Assembly (NCBI GenBank): GCA_002722735.1
Contig: PBMR01000005.1
Span: 1,570 to 65,569, forward strand
Direction: 5' to 3'
Source: Methanobacteriota archaeon
GTDB taxonomy: Archaea; Thermoplasmatota; Poseidoniia; Poseidoniales; Thalassarchaeaceae
Length of the DNA stretch: 64,000 bases
Below the pieces are notes generated by a model. The model was not told the DNA's origin. It worked only from the letters and a program-made list of their open reading frames with translations, and ran no database searches. Positions 9,385 to 17,910 of the stretch are shown here, piece after piece. The position numbers and the translations under genes are program-made. How positions within the stretch are numbered: the first letter of the stretch is position 1; the number at the start of each line of letters is the position of its first letter.

Positions 9385-9870
9385 ATGGAACCGAGTGCAG
9401 ACGATTCGCCGGCAGGACCTATGGATAGCGTCGCCCGCACGACCCTAGCACTGGCCGGATTCATGCTTTTTCTGCTGATCTCTCTCCCATTCGCCCTCAC
9501 CCTTGACGGCCCAACGGGATACATCGCCCCATACCTGATTTACTCGCTCTTCCTCACTAGCGTCGGCATCATCATCGGGATCTCGCTCACCTGGCTCAAC
9601 GACCCGAGGAGGCAGGCAAGGCCTGAGGGCAAAGCACCCGAACCGAAGAAGCCCACGAAATCTCCGATGCTATCCGATGACCAGAGAAGAGTTGTGGATC
9701 TGCTGGCTGCCAGTTTCGGGTCGATGTGGCAGGCCGAGCTGGTTCGCGAAAGCGGCTTCACGGACTCCAAGGCTAGTCGGCTATTGTCGCGCATGGAGCA
9801 CGAGGGACTAATCAGGAGGGTGCGTGACGGAATGGGCAAGCGAGTCGAACTAATGGAGAATGGTGGTTAG
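9385..9870 (+). CDS. Membrane-anchored winged-HTH transcriptional regulator (COG2512-like)
   Basis: Two TM helices then LSDDQRRVVDLL..MWQAELVRESGFTDSKASRLLSRMEHEGLIRR wHTH. Confidence 0.8.
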   Translation: MEPSADDSPAGPMDSVARTTLALAGFMLFLLISLPFALTLDGPTGYIAPYLIYSLFLTSVGIIIGISLTWLNDPRRQARPEGKAPEPKKPTKSPMLSDDQRRVVDLLAASFGSMWQAELVRESGFTDSKASRLLSRMEHEGLIRRVRDGMGKRVELMENGG

Positions 9871-10315
9871 AATGAGCGATGATGTCCAAGACAAACGCCG
9901 ACTGGTTGCCATTGCAGTCATTGGGCTGCTGCTAATCGTGCTCACCGCCAGACTACTGCTCACAATGGAGACCTCGTTGAACGAGGGCAGGGGGCCGGGA
10001 CTGGAGGGCGAGAGATCCCTAGCGACACTCCCACTGTTGATTCTGATTGCTGCCCTCATGGGAGCTTTGTTCCTGCAATTGAGAGGGGGGTCTCTGAGAC
10101 TATCTTCTCAAGACACAAGAATCGCTCCCCTACTGGCTGCTATGTTCCTGATCGGGATGCTGATAGAACCGATGCTAACAGTCCCTAATGGCTTACTGGA
10201 GACGGACGCGGTAGGCATCCTCCTTGTCCTAGTGCCAATAGTACTGATTGCAGCCCTGCTCCAATCTCACAAGCAAAGCCCGAGCACACCCTCTAAGGCT
10301 CCAGAAGAAGAATGA
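9860..10315 (+). CDS. Hypothetical 4-TM membrane protein
   Basis: Four hydrophobic segments; start overlaps or abuts the stop of the HTH gene. Confidence 0.7.
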   Translation: MVVRMSDDVQDKRRLVAIAVIGLLLIVLTARLLLTMETSLNEGRGPGLEGERSLATLPLLILIAALMGALFLQLRGGSLRLSSQDTRIAPLLAAMFLIGMLIEPMLTVPNGLLETDAVGILLVLVPIVLIAALLQSHKQSPSTPSKAPEEE

Positions 10316-10416
10316 GGCATCACTGCTGATACTTCCAAAATGTGTTTTTTCGCTCTTTTCCCTACAGCGAACCGATTTTCAAGCAGTACCCCCTGTGTCA
10401 TCGAGGAGTTGTGCAG

Positions 10417-11697
10417 ATGTGGGATGTATTGAGGCAAATCTCGGGGCTGGATTTCGATGAGAAGATTGGATTCGCCGCCGCCGTCCTGATCTTCATTCTC
10501 GGCTTTGAGATCTACGTGGTCATGAGGGTCTTTGAGAAAGTCACGGACAAACACCACGCCGAGTGGTCCGAACCTCTGTTCAGACCCTTGCGAAATAGGT
10601 TCTACATTCTCACTTTGCTAGTCTTCCTGAACCTCACACGTTGGTGGGTCAAACCAGAAGATATGTTCGAGAGCATCACCGATCATTCTGGACCATCGGT
10701 CCAGGACTACTTCTACACAGCCTACATCCTGCTCGCTACGAGCATCGTCAGCGTCTCCATCAAACACGTCCTCCCTTCAACCTTGAAGACCCTCGACACC
10801 GAGGAATCGGTGGTTCTGTCGGGAGGCCATCATCTAGCCGTCTTGACTTCGCGCCTGCTTGTCTGGGTCGCCGGCGTCAACCTCGCACTCCAGGAGATCC
10901 ATATCGAGATGCTCGGGATGCTTGCCTCCCTCGCCGTGTTCTCTATTTTCCTCGGGCTCGCAGTCCAGCAGACTATGGGTAACATCCTCAATTCCTTCTT
11001 GCTTGACATCGACCACCCCTTCGAAGAGGGCGACAGGGTCCAGGTCGGCGAGCACAGAGGAATCGTCGTCTCCATGGGAGTGCTCTCGACCAAACTACTG
11101 ACCCTCGAGGAGGAACTAGTGGTGATTCCCAACAATACCCTGGTCAACTCAACACTGATCAATTCCGCGCGCGGCGGCGGTGGTGGGGTGGCTGGACGAG
11201 TCGCATTGCGTCAGGAGGTCGGGGTCGCATTCGACGAGGACCCCAATCACATCAAAGCGATTCTGCTCATCGTTGCCCAAGGATGTGAGTACGTCCTCGA
11301 ATCACCGAGGCCACGAGTCCTGATGACCGAGTTCGACGACTACTCGAAGAATTTCATGCTCTACGCATGGATCGACGACTACAACAACGAGCGATTCGCA
11401 CGTGATCTGCTCCTGATGGACATAGATGCGGCCTTCTCTCGCGAGGGCATACAGATTCCGTACCCGACCACCCACGAAATGCGAGACCTCCCAACAATAC
11501 CCCCCGAAGTCTTGGCTGTGAAGGCAAAGGCTAGGAGGTCAGCGGTCGCCTTCATGAAGAATGAGGGTATGATGCTTGACATCGAGGAAGAGCGGAGACA
11601 GCGTGCCGAGGAGGTTCGGGCGAACCTCCTCCAATCCCTTGAGAAGTGGGAGGATGACGAGGCTCTCGTGGACGATTTCTTAACCGAGGAAGAATGA
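10417..11697 (+). CDS. mscS: Small-conductance mechanosensitive channel family protein
   Basis: LGLAVQQTMGN, PFEEGDRV, IPNN and GIQIPYP motifs; GAGGAG before ATG 10417. Confidence 0.88.
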   Translation: MWDVLRQISGLDFDEKIGFAAAVLIFILGFEIYVVMRVFEKVTDKHHAEWSEPLFRPLRNRFYILTLLVFLNLTRWWVKPEDMFESITDHSGPSVQDYFYTAYILLATSIVSVSIKHVLPSTLKTLDTEESVVLSGGHHLAVLTSRLLVWVAGVNLALQEIHIEMLGMLASLAVFSIFLGLAVQQTMGNILNSFLLDIDHPFEEGDRVQVGEHRGIVVSMGVLSTKLLTLEEELVVIPNNTLVNSTLINSARGGGGGVAGRVALRQEVGVAFDEDPNHIKAILLIVAQGCEYVLESPRPRVLMTEFDDYSKNFMLYAWIDDYNNERFARDLLLMDIDAAFSREGIQIPYPTTHEMRDLPTIPPEVLAVKAKARRSAVAFMKNEGMMLDIEEERRQRAEEVRANLLQSLEKWEDDEALVDDFLTEEE

Positions 11698-11730
11698 GAA
11701 AACACCCTGACCAACAGATGACCCTATGTT

Positions 11731-12051
11731 GTGAGCGATATGGTCGCCGAGGCTTTCTATACGGACATTGCCGAGTTCAGCAAGGCTGCCTTCTATTTCG
11801 TGCTCTTCGCGGTCGTAGGCCGCGCTTGGATCCGTTCCCGCTCTAGGGGCGACGAGACTTGGATTCCCTGGTTGCACGGCACCATCATGTTCCACTGGAT
11901 CGTAGGCGGGCTCTACTCGGGAATCCGCATGCTGACCACCGACCCAATAACCGAGATGGAGGTTCGTCGGATGTTCGCAATGGAGGCCTTCATTTGCTTT
12001 GGAATCGTCACCTTCCACATCCTGTGGCTGCTCGATCACAAGGAGGAGTAG
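11731..12051 (+). CDS. Hypothetical 3-TM membrane protein
   Basis: Three hydrophobic segments; abuts the downstream phosphatase gene. Confidence 0.65.
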   Translation: MSDMVAEAFYTDIAEFSKAAFYFVLFAVVGRAWIRSRSRGDETWIPWLHGTIMFHWIVGGLYSGIRMLTTDPITEMEVRRMFAMEAFICFGIVTFHILWLLDHKEE

Positions 12052-12052
12052 C

Positions 12053-12847
12053 ATGGGAGACACTCACAGGGACGCCGAGCTGGAGGCAAGGCTGCAGGGG
12101 GCCCTAGATGATGGGAGAGCGGTTTGGGTGGTCGGTGATATCCATGGGTGCAGGCAGACCTTCGAGGCCCTGCTCGACAAGCTAGATCTGACCGATGGTG
12201 ATTTTGTGTTATGCGTCGGCGATCTCGTCGATAGGGGCCCCGACAGCCACGGAGTGCTCACCATCGTCCACGATCGCGACGATATCAACTCTTTATTGGG
12301 CAATCACGAACTGATTATGACCGATGCCTTGCGGGGCAACTCCACCAACTTGACGACCTTCTGGCAGGACCGTATCGGAGGGGGTCAGACACTAGCCTCC
12401 ATGCCTGGCGATGCCGAGCAGCAGCGCAAACGCGCAATCGAGTGGTTGGAGTTCACAGACACTCTGCCCACGGAGGTGATACTCGATCGCTTCCGCATCG
12501 TCCACGCTGGCTACAAAACCCACATCCCTCTGGAGGAGCAGACCGACGGGGATCGGCTCAAGTCCCGCACGGTCTTCCTCGCCGACAGGCCTCTGGACGA
12601 TCGGCGGCAGATCATCGCCGGCCACACCCCGGTCCAAAAGCTAGGCACGTTCGGTATAGAGCCGCCCGTAGACGGCATCTGGACCAGTGCGGTGGAGACT
12701 GCAGACGGCCGCTCCGCAGCCCTTCTCATCGATACCGGAGTGGTGGTAGAGAGATCTTTGCGGCCGAGGCTATCCGCTGTCGACTTGCAGACCGGCAGAA
12801 TCGAGGAGGCCGAGCGCATCGAGACCTTCAACGAAGATACTGGTTGA
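12053..12847 (+). CDS. Calcineurin-like metallophosphoesterase (PphA/ApaH-like)
   Basis: GDIHG, GDLVDRG, GNHE, HAG, GHTP and IDTG motifs; AGGAGGAG before ATG 12053. Confidence 0.9.
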   Translation: MGDTHRDAELEARLQGALDDGRAVWVVGDIHGCRQTFEALLDKLDLTDGDFVLCVGDLVDRGPDSHGVLTIVHDRDDINSLLGNHELIMTDALRGNSTNLTTFWQDRIGGGQTLASMPGDAEQQRKRAIEWLEFTDTLPTEVILDRFRIVHAGYKTHIPLEEQTDGDRLKSRTVFLADRPLDDRRQIIAGHTPVQKLGTFGIEPPVDGIWTSAVETADGRSAALLIDTGVVVERSLRPRLSAVDLQTGRIEEAERIETFNEDTG

Positions 12848-12904
12848 TTGCAGGGCGATGGGTTTGTTATCCCCAATGAAATGGTACATAAATTGGAAGG
12901 AACG

Positions 12905-13336
12905 CTACATAATGCCGATTAGTTTGCTTGCGCCTTGATCCAAGTCACACTCCCAGATGGTGTGTACTTCCCACCCCATACCCAGAAGCATCTGCTCCTT
13001 CCTTCGGTCGCGCTCGACGTTGCGCTCGAACTTCTCGGACCAGTATTCCTTGTTCGTCTTTGGCAATTCAAGGGCGCAGCGAGGGCAACGGTGCCAGAAG
13101 CAGCCGTGCACGAAAATCGCAATTTCCCGCCCGGGGTAGGTGATGTCCGGCCGGCAGACGTAGCGCCCATTCTCATCATCGATCCGCCAATGCAGGCGAT
13201 ATCCAGGATGCCCTCCCTCTCTGAGCATGCGCCTCACCACCTGCTCGGGGCCGGTGTTGGTCGAGCGGTTGGCAATCATCACATTGTGGACTGCAGGCGA
13301 AGATGCTGTTGGGACCTCAAGGGCCATGACACTCAA
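12905..13336 (-). CDS. vsr: Very-short-patch repair endonuclease
   Basis: NT.PE, RPDI, FVHGCFWH, PKTN..YW..KF.RN..RD and IWEC motifs; start TTG 13336 or ATG 13327. Confidence 0.92.
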   Translation of the reverse strand: MSVMALEVPTASSPAVHNVMIANRSTNTGPEQVVRRMLREGGHPGYRLHWRIDDENGRYVCRPDITYPGREIAIFVHGCFWHRCPRCALELPKTNKEYWSEKFERNVERDRRKEQMLLGMGWEVHTIWECDLDQGASKLIGIM

Positions 13337-13339
13337 TCG

Positions 13340-13732
13340 CTACTCATTTTCCTGCATACCAAGATAGACTAGTGCGCCACCAATCACATAGTTCATGGCG
13401 AGGCTGAAGTAAGTCTGGCCGTTCTGTACAGCAATCTCAGCGACGAATACGTCATTGATCTGAAGCAGACCACCAATCATCCATAGAGCTCCTGATGCCA
13501 TGGCCCACTTGCCTAGGTTATCAGCCTCCCAGATTGTCAGGAGGATGTGAATACCTCCTATGCACATGAAGGCAAAGCCGACCTGTCGCATAGCACTTTC
13601 ACTTGCTTCGTTAATCAAGGCCGGGTCGGCTAGCCAGCCTTCCATAGCACCGCTCGGGTCGACTAGGAAATAGACCGCCCACAATATGCTGAAAGCGCCA
13701 GCACCCCTCATTGCGAGTACGAGCCTACTCAT
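13340..13732 (-). CDS. Hypothetical 4-TM membrane protein
   Basis: 130 aa, four hydrophobic segments, lower GC. Confidence 0.7.
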   Translation of the reverse strand: MSRLVLAMRGAGAFSILWAVYFLVDPSGAMEGWLADPALINEASESAMRQVGFAFMCIGGIHILLTIWEADNLGKWAMASGALWMIGGLLQINDVFVAEIAVQNGQTYFSLAMNYVIGGALVYLGMQENE

Positions 13733-13735
13733 TTT

Positions 13736-14140
13736 TCACTCCTCCCCTAAGTGTAGATATCCTGACAAGAAAAGACCCACCGCTGCTATCATACCCGGCG
13801 CAGCACTAGCAGGTTCCAAGTAGCCATAACCCAGATCACCGTTTGCAAGGTTCTGGAGCAGGAAACTAATGACAAATCCTCCTGAAATCGCCATTGCGAC
13901 AATTGAAAGACCCCTTCCTTCGATTAAGAGACCTGAAGCCAAAGCAATAATGGCGACCCAGAGTACGTTAGAGGCCCACGCTTTCTCGTAGAAAACATCG
14001 TAATCAGTGTAATCAGCACCCCATGCAGTTTCTGCTGCCCCTGCTCCATCAGTGTAAGTCAACAATCCAAGGATTGTGAATATGGCACCCACGCCTATCA
14101 ACCACCACTTTGGTTTCATGTATTGTTTGATTGCGTCCAT
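13736..14140 (-). CDS. Hypothetical 4-TM membrane protein
   Basis: About 134 aa, four hydrophobic segments, lower GC; ATG 14140. Confidence 0.7.
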   Translation of the reverse strand: MDAIKQYMKPKWWLIGVGAIFTILGLLTYTDGAGAAETAWGADYTDYDVFYEKAWASNVLWVAIIALASGLLIEGRGLSIVAMAISGGFVISFLLQNLANGDLGYGYLEPASAAPGMIAAVGLFLSGYLHLGEE

Positions 14141-14157
14141 AATTACAACCCCCTGAA

Positions 14158-14961
14158 TCACCCATCCTCATATGTGATACAGGTAGGCAGTGCAATCATG
14201 CCGACAAGGGATATAATGAACGGTATTTCCATGAAATCGAAGGCTGGCCCTCCATCTGCCACTAACCAAAGATACTGTCCGATCGCCAAAGCACCCGCTG
14301 CCATTGCACCACCGTGCCAGGGCAGCATCTTCCAATTTCCCATGATTACCCTATCGTCGTATGTGCGAATACCCACTACAGCCGTTAGTAGGAACACCAT
14401 AACCCCGATTACGCCCACTGCCAGTCCAACCTGAGCGATTGTCTGCTGGGTAGAGTCGATTGACATGGCATATTCGACCTCATCAAAATCCTGTTCTGTG
14501 AATTCGCCATCCATAGCAAAAGGAACAAGAGAGGACATCATGAACATCATTAACAGAGTGAAGGCCAGCCAAACAATACCTAGTCTCATCATCCTATCAT
14601 CATCTTCTAGACCCAGTGTCGAATCACCGGTCGCCATTGCTGGCATGTAGGCAATTGGCCCGAACATGGCCAACATGAAAACAGCCCAGAACACCATATC
14701 ATTCTCCTTCGTAGCCAATCCCATCACGACCATTAACGCTGGAACTCCCAAGGTTACCCCCATCCTCGCGTTTGGGACTGAAAGGAAGAGAGCCAAACCG
14801 GAAACCGCCATCAACCCTGGAAAGATGTAGTCACTATTGCTCTCTGCTCCTTGGCTGAACCAGTAAGTGAAACAAACAAAAAATCCCAACTGGGATAGTG
14901 TCATCAGAGATCTAGCAGACAGGTTGATTGTTGGCATTTTGTAAAGAGCATCATCACTCAT
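14158..14961 (-). CDS. Hypothetical polytopic membrane protein
   Basis: About 8 hydrophobic segments; start ATG 14961 (the longer ORF-track call overlaps two tRNAs). Confidence 0.72.
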   Translation of the reverse strand: MSDDALYKMPTINLSARSLMTLSQLGFFVCFTYWFSQGAESNSDYIFPGLMAVSGLALFLSVPNARMGVTLGVPALMVVMGLATKENDMVFWAVFMLAMFGPIAYMPAMATGDSTLGLEDDDRMMRLGIVWLAFTLLMMFMMSSLVPFAMDGEFTEQDFDEVEYAMSIDSTQQTIAQVGLAVGVIGVMVFLLTAVVGIRTYDDRVIMGNWKMLPWHGGAMAAGALAIGQYLWLVADGGPAFDFMEIPFIISLVGMIALPTCITYEDG

Positions 14962-15000
14962 GACAAACCAATTGAGAATTACGGCATATAGTCCTTTCAT

Positions 15001-15048
15001 CCCAAACATGTTCGTGTTGTTGTGGAAATGTAGGCGAACATGTTTGGG
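15001..15048. repeat. Perfect 14-bp inverted repeat with 20-nt spacer next to the tRNA-Ala 3' end
   Basis: CCCAAACATGTTCG (15001-15014) and CGAACATGTTTGGG (15035-15048). Confidence 0.9.
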
Positions 15049-15057
15049 CAGATGGGA

Positions 15058-15134
15058 TGGTGGACGTGACGGGATTTGAACCCGTGGCCTCCTCGTTGCG
15101 AACGAGGCGATCTTCCAGGCTGATCTACACGCCC
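15058..15134 (-). tRNA. tRNA-Ala(CGC)
   Basis: GGGCGTG..CACGTCC-A-CCA acceptor with G3:U70; anticodon arm CCTCG-TT-CGC-AA-CGAGG; GGTTCAAATCC T-loop. Confidence 0.95.
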
Positions 15135-15206
15135 TCGCGCCCGAGCCGGGCCCACCCCCGATATAGGCATTCACCTTATGGCCGATTCCCGCGCCCGCTG
15201 GCCTCA

Positions 15207-15284
15207 GGGCCCGTGGGTTAGCTTGGCCTATACTTGGCGCTTCGGGGGCGTTAGACCCCAGTTCAAATCTGGGCGGGCCCACCA
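15207..15284 (+). tRNA. tRNA-Pro(CGG)
   Basis: GGGCCCG..CGGGCCC-A-CCA; anticodon loop TT-CGG-GG; GTTCAAATC T-loop. Confidence 0.93.
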
Positions 15285-15299
15285 CCTGCCGGGACCGTG

Positions 15300-17009
15300 C
15301 TACGGAAGGGGGCCAGAGCCGCTGACCTCGGCCAACCATCCCATGGCCGCCCCATAGTCCTCCACTGCCTCGATATTGTCTTTGAGCAGAAGCGCGTCTG
15401 CTGCGTCCCACAGCGCCTGCAGCGCTGGAACCCAGTCACCCCCCTTGTCACGACTGTCCTCATCGAACCTCCAAGCATCAGACTCCGTACGCTCGTGGAC
15501 CACCAGCCACGCCCAACCCATCGCCGCCTCGAGCCCCTTGCCCTTCCTGGCCAACGACACCGTTGCCGCAATGCCGTCGTCTGCAGCCCTGCGCACCAAC
15601 CGGTCGGCGAAGTCTAGGGGGGTTGGCAACGAAGAGGTCTGCCAGGGCAGCCGGTCCAAGCGCTGTGCTGTGTTGAGCGACTCATTGAGCTCACGCAGGA
15701 AGGCTCCGAAGCCCTGCTTGCGCTTGGCCTGACGGTCGTGTACCCTCTCGCCCTCCTCCCCCGAGAGTCCGAAAAGCTCCTCCAGAACTGTCATCCCGTG
15801 TTGTGGCCATAGTGCGACAAGCACGGGATGGCAAGAGGAGTCCTCCAGACGAACCACCCGCTCATCGAGACTCAGCACGACTCCGTCGGATCTGACCTGT
15901 ATTCCACCTTCGAGCGAGTCTAGAATGCAGGCGATGGCACGGCGCTCCTCGCTGGTCCCGCTCATGTGCCCGAGGAACCCATCCCGATCCTCATCTGCGA
16001 ACCAACTGCTGCCGGTCACGTATCCGTCGGTAATCGAGTTGAGGATGCTGTTCCTGCAGTTACGTGCCAGCGAATCGTCCTCCAACGACATCTTGAGCCA
16101 CGCCTGAAGAGCCTCCCCGAGGAGTTCTCTGCCCTCCTCGGGCAGCGGGCGGTCCTCGGGCCATCCCTCGGGCCTCCACATCCACGATGCATCACAGATA
16201 TCCCCGAGTTTGTTGGGAGGCATCATCGTTATCGCGATGCTCTGTGCCAGCGGCTCAGCGGTCTTGGTCAGCGAGGCTTGGGAGAACCCCACTGTCATGT
16301 CGTCGCTGAATCTCAGCCTGAGCCAGCCCTGCTCTGTCATCCGACCATCCCGAACGATGTCCTCGTCGAGCCCGACTGACCATCGCACATCCTCTCCTGA
16401 GAGGGTGGCTGAGGCATTGTCAAGAGCCCAGTCAACCCACTCGGAGGGGGCGGAGGGGTCGGTGCCTGTGCAGATGAAGCCACCGTCCCAGGAGAAGAAG
16501 AACTGGCCCGATTTGGCATGATCGTCCCATACCAGCAGCCTCAGCCTAGTGTGGGTGAAGTTCTGGATTCCGACCTGATGACTCTGCTTGCCGTTCCCCC
16601 GCCTCAGGAAACTGGCATTGCCGTAGAGCGCGTGCTTGAACACGGAGACGGTAGACAGGTCATCCTCTGAGGATGCTAGGAGACAGCCGGCCAACGCTCT
16701 GCAGACAGTGTCTCCCCCCTTCTTCACCATCCTCTTGCGCAACCACTTGGAGTCATGCCGTTTGGAAGCGACAACCCCAATCTCCCTCAGAGTCAGTGCC
16801 ATGCGGTCCTTCGGGCCGAAAAGTGAGATTTTCCCCAACTCCCCCGTTATCTCTGGCACGAAGACCTCCGGGTCGTCAATGAGCGCTTCGAGATTCGCCT
16901 CTAAGCGCCTTTGAATCTCCTTCGAGGCTTGCTTGATGCCACGGACACGAACCCTCCTTCTGCGATTCTTGTCACCAGGGAAGCGGACTTCAGCCGGGGG
17001 TTTGGCCAT
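15300..17009 (-). CDS. Hypothetical soluble protein (569 aa)
   Basis: Long ORF filling the gap, protein-like composition, no motif recognised. Confidence 0.75.
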   Translation of the reverse strand: MAKPPAEVRFPGDKNRRRRVRVRGIKQASKEIQRRLEANLEALIDDPEVFVPEITGELGKISLFGPKDRMALTLREIGVVASKRHDSKWLRKRMVKKGGDTVCRALAGCLLASSEDDLSTVSVFKHALYGNASFLRRGNGKQSHQVGIQNFTHTRLRLLVWDDHAKSGQFFFSWDGGFICTGTDPSAPSEWVDWALDNASATLSGEDVRWSVGLDEDIVRDGRMTEQGWLRLRFSDDMTVGFSQASLTKTAEPLAQSIAITMMPPNKLGDICDASWMWRPEGWPEDRPLPEEGRELLGEALQAWLKMSLEDDSLARNCRNSILNSITDGYVTGSSWFADEDRDGFLGHMSGTSEERRAIACILDSLEGGIQVRSDGVVLSLDERVVRLEDSSCHPVLVALWPQHGMTVLEELFGLSGEEGERVHDRQAKRKQGFGAFLRELNESLNTAQRLDRLPWQTSSLPTPLDFADRLVRRAADDGIAATVSLARKGKGLEAAMGWAWLVVHERTESDAWRFDEDSRDKGGDWVPALQALWDAADALLLKDNIEAVEDYGAAMGWLAEVSGSGPLP

Positions 17010-17060
17010 GGAGAACGCATCGGCGACGGGACGTCCTATTTTGAGACCCTCGCATAGAGC

Positions 17061-17882
17061 CTAGCCAACGACTCGGCGTTCGAAAGCCTCACGCTCATTG
17101 ACCCCCATCTCCGCTGGCAGTATCAGGGTGTGGATGAAACCCCCTTGCACCTCGGACAAATCACCCAAGTGGCCAGCAATCACACGTTGGTCAACGGTTC
17201 CGATATCGCTGAGCAGAATACCGTCCCATTCTCCCACAGGGACTGCGAGACTTTCCCTCTCACCCTGTTCTTCGACCAAACGCGATACCATTCGTTCCAG
17301 CATCGCAACCGCTTCGGCAGGCTGCATGGGCTGGGGAGGGTCGATGCCCATTCCAGTTGGATCTAGATCCAGCAGCACGATGGAGTGGAGGCCGCTGACG
17401 TAGTTTGCGTCAATCAACTCGAGCGGAGAGGTAACTAAGCAATCGCCGTAGGCATAGGGCAGTGTGACCTGACGTCCGAAGCGGTAGGACTGCAGCCCCG
17501 AGAGTGAGACCGCCAGTGAGGTTGCGGACATCCCGGGCACGACCTCGAAACCGACTCCCCGCTCGGCGCACCGCGCCTCGAGGTCTATGTGAGTGGTAGC
17601 CTGCATCGGATCGCCGACCACGAGCAGGGCGATTGAGCCCTCTCTAGCCTCTTCCAACAGGTCTTCTGGATTTTCGACTGAGGGACGCATTAGCCTCTTC
17701 CACGGGCCGACCAACTCTTCCAGCCTCTCCTCCTGGTCTTTGGGAAGGAGGGCCGTGTAGCCCTCTAGGTAACGCTTCTTGCATCTTCTTGCCACGCTCA
17801 TGGCCCGCTCTGTCATATGCCCCAAGTCACCTGGTCCCAGACCAATCAGCCACAGACCCGGTGTCGGAAACTCTGCCGTCAT
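17061..17882 (-). CDS. dph5: Diphthine synthase (diphthamide methyltransferase)
   Basis: LWLIGLGPG, YLEGYT, GDPMQATTH, SGLQSYRFG and LLDL motifs; ATG 17882. Confidence 0.92.
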   Translation of the reverse strand: MTAEFPTPGLWLIGLGPGDLGHMTERAMSVARRCKKRYLEGYTALLPKDQEERLEELVGPWKRLMRPSVENPEDLLEEAREGSIALLVVGDPMQATTHIDLEARCAERGVGFEVVPGMSATSLAVSLSGLQSYRFGRQVTLPYAYGDCLVTSPLELIDANYVSGLHSIVLLDLDPTGMGIDPPQPMQPAEAVAMLERMVSRLVEEQGERESLAVPVGEWDGILLSDIGTVDQRVIAGHLGDLSEVQGGFIHTLILPAEMGVNEREAFERRVVG

Positions 17883-17910
17883 GGTGAAGCGCTCTGGCCT
17901 GCCCCTAGCC

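Noticed and set aside
12848-12904. att-site duplicate of the tRNA-Ala 3' end at the far side of the islet
   Set aside because: No convincing direct repeat found by eye and no integrase nearby
14962-15411. N-terminal extension of the 417-aa ORF 14158..15411
   Set aside because: It overlaps tRNA-Ala and tRNA-Pro; the membrane-protein-like sequence begins at ATG 14961
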